Source: Bdellovibrionia bacterium
GTDB taxonomy: Bacteria; Bdellovibrionota; Bdellovibrionia; Bdellovibrionales; JAUICD01
Direction of reading: 5' to 3'
Assembly: GCA_030427965.1 (NCBI GenBank)
Contig: JAUICD010000010.1
Coordinates: forward strand, 16,854-80,853
Length of the DNA: 64,000 nt
Part shown: positions 58,103-64,000 of the stretch, in pieces
Numbering within the stretch: the first letter of the stretch is position 1
Layout of the letters: each line of letters begins with the position of its first letter
Position numbers and translations under genes: made by a program
Notes under the pieces: model-generated
Told to the model about the DNA's origin: nothing
Database searches by the model: none
What the model saw: the letters and a program-made list of their open reading frames with translations, nothing else

Positions 58103-59518
58103 TTAATTCTGTTTTTCCTCTTCTTCAGGATGTTTTATCTCTCGTGTTTCGCCTGTTGTGACGTAATTGAGAGCATCAAGAAATATTTCTTTGTCGTCTT
58201 CAGAGTCTGCAAAACGAACCCACTCATTTCCATAGGCTTCATCTAGTAACTGAACCGCATCTTGCCAACCAATAGAGATACCAGCTCCGTCTGGAGTTTG
58301 ATACTGGTACGGCCAGATTGGTCCCCACCAATTCCATCTCCAAAACTCCACATTGTGTTCAGTTGTACGACCTGTTTTTCCACCAGTGACAAGACTTCCT
58401 ACAGCACTGGCTTCTTTGTAGATGGAAGTGATTTGTTGTTCCATTTCAAATACCATTTGCGCGTCAATCTTAGGGTTGGCTGTTGCTTGGTAAAACTGAA
58501 CGGTGACTCGAATTGGAAATCTTGGATCTCTTTGAATTGCTTTTCCGCCAATTTCTTTAAATGGCCCTTCAATAGGTCCATGTCCAATAACTGCTTCTTC
58601 GATGTCTCCGTTTGAAGATCTACTTATGTCTGCCATCTCATAGAAGACCCCATCTCTCCAAAGAGGTGCTTTGTGAACAAGTGGAACTTGAATCAGTAAG
58701 ACAATATTTGCATTTCCTGCATTTTCAACTGAAGTTGTGCTATCGCCGCCACCTTCAACAAAATCAGAAATTCGTTCGCCTGTAAGTGAAGCTTTCTCAC
58801 CGTTCACGTTGTGGAAAAGTCTTTGTCCAGTTCTTCCAAATCCTCCTTCAAACTTTTCATCTTCTTCAGAGTAGTCAATAATTCGAGCACTTGTTCCCTC
58901 ACGGGTAGCGAGAATGGCAAGAACGGCAGGGTTGTCTTTGGAAGATTGATAGTTGAAGATCATAGGGTTGAAGTGTGCTTTTTGTCCTTTTGGAATTGGT
59001 AAGAATGTGTGTTGAGCACTGACAAGAACTTCAGTGTCGCGTGGAGCAAGAAGTGATTTAGCAGATCCTTTCCATGAAGAAGCATCTGTTAAGTATTCTC
59101 TGAAGTTATCAAGGTATTCTGTTAGTGTTATGCGTTTTAGGTCCTTTCCTTTCTCATTTCCAACAAGAAGAGAAAATTTATTGGGGCTTATATCTGCAGA
59201 AAAATCATCAAAGTTTGGATATCTTAGTATAGGCATTGGAACTGGTACAATATTGCCATCCTCACCAACTGTATGAACTTGTATTGTAACGTCACTGATG
59301 TTTGGCCCTAGAGCGGAGTTTTGACCGCGTCCTGTATCTTCCCATGCAACATTTAAAAGATTGAGTCCCTGAGCTTGAACAATATTACGTAGGTTTTCAT
59401 CCTGTGATAACTCACTGACTTTTTTCACAGCAGCACGATACTTCTGATACTCTGCTACCTGAGCTTTTGCTGGCGCTACAAATCCAAGGACAAGTGCGCT
59501 TAAAATTAGACTTCTCAT
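58103..59518 (-). CDS. Conserved secreted protein of unknown function (WEDTGR/GPNISD family)
   Basis: Signal peptide; WEDTGR, GPNISD, FNYQS, PIRVTVQFY blocks; AAGGAGG RBS. Confidence 0.8.
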   Translation of the reverse strand: MRSLILSALVLGFVAPAKAQVAEYQKYRAAVKKVSELSQDENLRNIVQAQGLNLLNVAWEDTGRGQNSALGPNISDVTIQVHTVGEDGNIVPVPMPILRYPNFDDFSADISPNKFSLLVGNEKGKDLKRITLTEYLDNFREYLTDASSWKGSAKSLLAPRDTEVLVSAQHTFLPIPKGQKAHFNPMIFNYQSSKDNPAVLAILATREGTSARIIDYSEEDEKFEGGFGRTGQRLFHNVNGEKASLTGERISDFVEGGGDSTTSVENAGNANIVLLIQVPLVHKAPLWRDGVFYEMADISRSSNGDIEEAVIGHGPIEGPFKEIGGKAIQRDPRFPIRVTVQFYQATANPKIDAQMVFEMEQQITSIYKEASAVGSLVTGGKTGRTTEHNVEFWRWNWWGPIWPYQYQTPDGAGISIGWQDAVQLLDEAYGNEWVRFADSEDDKEIFLDALNYVTTGETREIKHPEEEEKQN

Positions 59519-59557
59519 GTTTCCTCCTTTAAAGGTGATCCAAATTTACAAGAACTG

Positions 59558-59580
59558 ATTTGCCAGAATAGAGGGCAAAT
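59558..59580. promoter_or_regulatory. Operator-like inverted repeat
   Basis: ATTTGCC-N9-GGCAAAT, 40 nt upstream of 59518. Confidence 0.35.
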
Positions 59581-59684
59581 GGGAAAGGATTTAGGCTCAT
59601 GTGGCCAAATAAGGTTCGCTAATGTAAGAAAAACATCAGTGTCTGCGGCAGAATTCATCTACGAGCTAGTGAAGAGTTCAGCTT

Positions 59685-60854
59685 TTATGAAGAAAATCGC
59701 CGTGCTGAAATAAATCCAGGGACTTCTCTATCAAAGAGAAGGTCAACAAGGGCTTTGCCTGTATGGAAGGCAAGCCCTAGGCCATGTGCTGTAAAACCAC
59801 CACTAAAAAAGACCTGTGGATCATCTGGAAGTGAGCCTATTAGAGGCTGCCCATCTGCAGAAAACCCCATGATGCCCGACCACCTATGTGTGATCTTGGC
59901 GTTTGAAAATTTAGGGAGGTGTTTTCTAAAAAATTCTTCCAAGGAATTTTGAATGACAGGTGTGATGTGATCTGAATATCCAACTTCGGATTCTTTTTCA
60001 AGCTGGCGAAAGCCACCGATGATGAGCTCTCCTGTTGGCAGTTGTCTAAAGTAATCCAAAACAAAATTACAGTAGCAGGGAGCTTCCATAAATTTCTCAA
60101 TGGCTTCAGTTACAAGTATTTGACCTCGAGTTGGAAAAATTTTGTCATTGAAAAAAGGTTTTAGAGTTGGTGAGTATCCGTTTGTTGTAAGCACAACCAT
60201 ATCAGTCTGAAATTTTGCTAAATCTGTGTGTACAACTCGAGCAGAGCCACTTGTTGTAATATTGTGAACCTCATGTTGTTCAAAAATTTGTGCCTTCAAT
60301 CGACTGGCAACTTGCTTTAAGAGTTTCAGTGGGTGAACTTCAGCATCGTCCACATATTTGATGCCACCGACAAACTTAGTGGCTTGCAGTCGTTTTGTTA
60401 TATCAGAGGCCTCCACTTTTTCAGTCTGAATCCCAAGTGATGACATAAGACTATGGACTTGAGTGAGCTCCTCAAACTCCTTTTCTGTAGAGGCCAACGA
60501 AAATGTACCATTTTGTACAAAATCAATTTCATTTGCTTTGTCTTGGATGATTTCCTTTTTGAGGAGTTTTAGGTTTTCTTCTGAAAACTTCCAGATCTTG
60601 AGTGCTTCGTCGTTTCCATGTTGTTCATAAAGCCTATTGAAATGCTCAACAGATCCACATGTAATGAAGCCTGCATTTCGGCCTGTGGCTCCAAAACCAA
60701 GTCTATTTTTTTCAACGATTGCAATTTTAAAACTTGGATTTTCTTTTTCAAGCCAATACGCAACTGAAAGTCCTGCAATTCCAGCACCCACAATCACAAT
60801 ATCAAAATTGTGGTTTGTGCTGTTACTTTTGTCTAGCCAATAAGATGTACTCAT
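59685..60854 (-). CDS. FAD-dependent oxidoreductase (DAO/PuuB-like)
   Basis: SYW, VGAGIAG, GATGRNAG, WSG, GFTAHG. Confidence 0.9.
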   Translation of the reverse strand: MSTSYWLDKSNSTNHNFDIVIVGAGIAGLSVAYWLEKENPSFKIAIVEKNRLGFGATGRNAGFITCGSVEHFNRLYEQHGNDEALKIWKFSEENLKLLKKEIIQDKANEIDFVQNGTFSLASTEKEFEELTQVHSLMSSLGIQTEKVEASDITKRLQATKFVGGIKYVDDAEVHPLKLLKQVASRLKAQIFEQHEVHNITTSGSARVVHTDLAKFQTDMVVLTTNGYSPTLKPFFNDKIFPTRGQILVTEAIEKFMEAPCYCNFVLDYFRQLPTGELIIGGFRQLEKESEVGYSDHITPVIQNSLEEFFRKHLPKFSNAKITHRWSGIMGFSADGQPLIGSLPDDPQVFFSGGFTAHGLGLAFHTGKALVDLLFDREVPGFISARRFSS

Positions 60855-61657
60855 AGTTCACTTTCTGGAGGATAGAATTTAAGAGAACGAATTTCAGATT
60901 TGAATGAACCTATTTTTTGTCTGAGCCTTGACTCAAGGCGATCGTTGTCTTGAATTTTTCCATTGATTCTTCTTATTTCCCAATTCAAACGATCTCGTTC
61001 CATATTGGTGGAGTCATCTTCTTCGTATCTCACAATTTTGTCTTTGCTGCGTCTTTCAATAACTTTGACTCGATTGCGTGGGAGGTATCGAAGTTGAGAC
61101 TGAAGATTTCTTTGTTTTCGCTTCATGTCTCGAGTGCTTCGAACAAGTTCTCTAATTTGACTCTGATGGGACTCTATTTGTGATTCTAGATACACAATTC
61201 GCCCTTTGCGATATTGACTGAGAAATTTGGCTTCAAGACTTTTAGGGCAGATATTTTTGTATTCATAACCACGAGTTCCAACTCTATAGCCATTTTTGGA
61301 GTCACAAAATGCCAAAACCCCTTCTGTATGACGGTTTCTAAGAGCGTTTGTGTTTTGACCACAAAATTCAAAGTTAAAAAAGACACCTTCCCTTCCTTTT
61401 TGGTAGGCTGTGTCCTTCAGGCAATATTTGGCCATTCCCGCTTTGAATCCCTGATCGAGTTGATCGTGTCGAATGAGAGCCTCAACCCCTAGGCATGCCT
61501 GAATCTCTGAGTCAGAGTCTAGACGTTTGCCGTTCATTGCGTTTTCAAACCCACGGTTGTACCAATGGATTTTCTCACACTCCTTGCGTTTCATATAGGA
61601 GGAACAGGAGGTGAGGGTTTGGATAAGAAGAAATAGGAAGAGTAGTTTAAAACGCAA
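60851..61657 (-). CDS. DUF2799 lipoprotein with C-terminal coiled coil
   Basis: Lipobox LTSC; C...W...G..A..G, G...G...YC repeats; AGGA RBS before TTG 61657. Confidence 0.8.
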   Translation of the reverse strand: MRFKLLFLFLLIQTLTSCSSYMKRKECEKIHWYNRGFENAMNGKRLDSDSEIQACLGVEALIRHDQLDQGFKAGMAKYCLKDTAYQKGREGVFFNFEFCGQNTNALRNRHTEGVLAFCDSKNGYRVGTRGYEYKNICPKSLEAKFLSQYRKGRIVYLESQIESHQSQIRELVRSTRDMKRKQRNLQSQLRYLPRNRVKVIERRSKDKIVRYEEDDSTNMERDRLNWEIRRINGKIQDNDRLESRLRQKIGSFKSEIRSLKFYPPESEL

Positions 61658-61694
61658 TTCAGATGTCCTTTGTAAGCCCTTCAAGTTTCTTAAT

Positions 61695-61822
61695 TTAGCT
61701 GGAATGTGTCTATCTACTTTCTCACGTAATGACGCATCAGAAAAGACACCTCAAAAGCATTTAGCGCCTTTTGGGAATGACACGCTGATGCGTGAGAAAG
61801 TAGATAGACACCTCTCAGCTGG
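61695..61822. repeat. Long intergenic inverted repeat (rod-like hairpin)
   Basis: Perfect 21-bp arms GTGTCTATCTACTTTCTCACG (61706-61726) / CGTGAGAAAGTAGATAGACAC (61791-61811), plus inner and outer stems. Confidence 0.85.
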
Positions 61823-61832
61823 CCTTTTGAGC

Positions 61833-61859
61833 TAATGTTTTCTCGAAATAAGACGATAA
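61833..61859 (+). promoter_or_regulatory. Sigma-28-like promoter
   Basis: TAAT-N15-GACGATAA, 6 nt before ATG 61866. Confidence 0.5.
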
Positions 61860-61865
61860 GGATAT

Positions 61866-62324
61866 ATGGACCCCAAAGTACGCCAAGTGGTTATATTCTA
61901 TATTTTCGTAGGGTTTATCATAGTGACTTTTGGTTTTCAGAACTGTGCCCCACCAAAAGAGACCCCTGAGGACCCCAATGAATCAAACATCGTTCGAGCA
62001 ATTGATGGGTGGTTTGAAAGCGGTGGGAACTATGAGTCCATTTGTGGAAAACTGACAAACTACAGTTGTTTTCATGAAGTGGTGAGGGCGGGAGTTGAAG
62101 ACTCAGAGTCAACGGCAGTAGAGTGTTTTTCTTCTCAAGGAGCTGAAGTTTGTCTCTCTGTGCAAACGACAATCACAAACTCCAGTCCTGAAAGTGAGAG
62201 TTATCTCTGCTACAACTCTTCAGTGGTTGAAAATGGTGACTTTCCTTTTGTTGGAGAAGCCTCAAATCTGAGTGATGCCTTTGATGAGGCCCATAATGCG
62301 TGTGCTGATGTTTTTTCAAACTAA
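61866..62324 (+). CDS. Cys-rich FQNC-type lipoprotein
   Basis: Hydrophobic core ending GFQNC; six further cysteines. Confidence 0.75.
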   Translation: MDPKVRQVVIFYIFVGFIIVTFGFQNCAPPKETPEDPNESNIVRAIDGWFESGGNYESICGKLTNYSCFHEVVRAGVEDSESTAVECFSSQGAEVCLSVQTTITNSSPESESYLCYNSSVVENGDFPFVGEASNLSDAFDEAHNACADVFSN

Positions 62325-62335
62325 AATATTATCAC

Positions 62336-63376
62336 TCAATTTCTTAGCTCTGTTTTCTTGACCATTTGAACAGACTCACTTTCAAAGAACTTATCTATCA
62401 CATCTGAGCATTCTTGAAGCGATTTGCACGCTGTGGTTTGACTATAAAGAGTGTGGCCAAAATTTAGCCAAACATGATTCGTGCGAATCAGAAATTTAAA
62501 TTTCCTCAAGCCAAGATCTTTCGGAAAGTGCTCTTGAATTGTCGATAGATAAGTTTTTAAAGCATGTCGGCACTCGAGGGCCTCCTCTCTAGGAGAGTTT
62601 GGAGCACTTCCTTCTCGTCCAATAGGAGTGGGCAGTCCTAGGTACTCAGAGATTTGCCAAAACAACCACGGACGAACTGTCATAGCCCGTCCAATCATGA
62701 CAAGATCACAATTTGTCTCTTCTTTCATTTTGATGAAATCCTCAAGAGTTTGGACATCTCCATTTCCGATCACTGGAATTTTGATACTTTCTTTGAGAGC
62801 ACGGATTTGATCCCAATCAGCACGTCCTCGCCGCTTCTGTGTGGCTGTACGTGGATGTAGAGTTACCCATGCAGCTCCAGCGGATTCTAGTTTCTTGATA
62901 AGAGGGATCGTTTTATTGGGATCTGTTGCATCTGCAGCACGGAGTTTAACAGAGACTGGAAGATGGGTATGTCGCACTGTCATTTCTACAACCTGAGCAG
63001 CATAGTCAAAATCTCCCATAAGTGAGACGCCATAATTGTGTTTCAATGCTTTTTGAACAGGGCAACCCATATTGATATCAATTCCATCTGCTCCCCAGGC
63101 ATGAAGTTTCTCAAGGGATCGAGAAATAAAGTCTTCATCGTTTCCAAGGATTTGAGGAACCAAGTAAGTTTCATTCTCTCGTCGATAGGTCTCTGGTGTA
63201 TTCCCCAGTTTTTGAGTGGGGAGTCTTCGGCTATTTAACATTTCGGTTGGCCAAATCGTTTTGTATCCTTTAGGTAGATAGGTGCGACACATATCCCTTA
63301 AACCAATATGAGAAAGACCCACCATAGGGGCAAGGCAAGCTGGTAACAATTTGGAATCAGAAAATATTGGATTCAC
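62336..63376 (-). CDS. tRNA-dihydrouridine synthase family protein
   Basis: LAPM, IDINMGCP, VSVKLR, LHPRT, IGNGDV, MIGR. Confidence 0.92.
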   Translation of the reverse strand: MNPIFSDSKLLPACLAPMVGLSHIGLRDMCRTYLPKGYKTIWPTEMLNSRRLPTQKLGNTPETYRRENETYLVPQILGNDEDFISRSLEKLHAWGADGIDINMGCPVQKALKHNYGVSLMGDFDYAAQVVEMTVRHTHLPVSVKLRAADATDPNKTIPLIKKLESAGAAWVTLHPRTATQKRRGRADWDQIRALKESIKIPVIGNGDVQTLEDFIKMKEETNCDLVMIGRAMTVRPWLFWQISEYLGLPTPIGREGSAPNSPREEALECRHALKTYLSTIQEHFPKDLGLRKFKFLIRTNHVWLNFGHTLYSQTTACKSLQECSDVIDKFFESESVQMVKKTELRN

Positions 63377-63409
63377 AGAAAAGTATTTGGACGCTTCACA
63401 TCTCTTGAG

Positions 63410-64000
63410 TCAAGAGGCTTCTTTTGAATCTTTTGAAACCCATTCATCTTCGAGAGCTCGTAAGAGTTGAGAGATATTGAGTGGCTTTTCGTAGACCAAA
63501 AAAGTGCCTTGTGACTTGAGTGCGCTCATCAATGAGACAGTGGTGGCTTCATGCTTTTCTGGTGAGTAAGCAACGACAACTGTTTCTAAATCTGGGTTTT
63601 GGTTGAACTCCCTGACAAGTTGAACCCAGGAATGTTTAGGGGTATCGTCAATATCAACGATGATAGCATCTGAGTTTTGTGCGTAGTATTTCACTTCATT
63701 TATCGACTTCATTTTTCCAAAAGGAATTCTTTGGACTCGAACCTTGTCGCTGTCATAAAAAAGTTTGCTCAAATTTCTATAAAGCTCACCATCACCTGAG
63801 AGCACTCCAATGGTTTTTTCAGAAATATTCAAGAGATTTGGGGGAGTGAAGAGAGGGATACTTCTTGAGTCCACAAATTCTTGTAAAAGTGACTCAGCTG
63901 TGACCACCCCAATAAACTCATTGATATCCAATGAATTTTTTCGTGTCATGATAGGCACTCTTCGAATACCATTTGCGACCATAAACTCTGGTGCTTTGTG
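63410..64000 (-). CDS. CBS-domain protein with a receiver-like C-terminus (5' end truncated by the window)
   Basis: M..NGIRRVPI...IGVVT..SL CBS motif; IIVDID/EKP receiver-like features; frame open to the window edge. Confidence 0.7.
   Translation of the reverse strand, partial: HKAPEFMVANGIRRVPIMTRKNSLDINEFIGVVTAESLLQEFVDSRSIPLFTPPNLLNISEKTIGVLSGDGELYRNLSKLFYDSDKVRVQRIPFGKMKSINEVKYYAQNSDAIIVDIDDTPKHSWVQLVREFNQNPDLETVVVAYSPEKHEATTVSLMSALKSQGTFLVYEKPLNISQLLRALEDEWVSKDSKEAS

Noticed and set aside
61695-61822. Retron msr-msd or 6S RNA
   Set aside because: No reverse transcriptase nearby; shorter than typical 6S RNA and lacking its central bubble

Overview
Chromosomal window of a roughly 40% GC (estimated by eye) bacterium that looks like Bdellovibrionota. 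This is an inference from FQNC-type lipoproteins, GYF_2 and CHASE2 proteins, a DUF1501/cytochrome c triad, a predator-type HNH family and many sigma-28-like promoters. The core content is initiator tRNA-fMet, trhO, the ffh-rpsP-khpA-rimM-trmD-SPOUT-rplS-rnhB-yraN cluster, lptD, rsmI, HU, argS, pyk and a Dus-family enzyme. The accessory highlights are: (1) a full phosphorelay (Hpt, OmpR-type regulator, hybrid kinase, membrane-anchored receiver) built around a stand-alone ETR1-like ethylene-binding-domain protein; (2) a sigma-54-driven cytochrome c / CxxCH / Tat-DUF1501 triad; (3) a minimal dialkylresorcinol cluster (darA, darB, btrH-like, acp, plus KS and CLF); (4) a small nuclease-rich islet, including a lipoprotein with tandem dead and active DUF1524-like HNH domains; (5) two intergenic structured-RNA or inverted-repeat candidates (29632-29769 and 61695-61822). 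No CRISPR array, rRNA, integrase or transposase was seen. All family calls come from motif recognition by eye, not from database searches.
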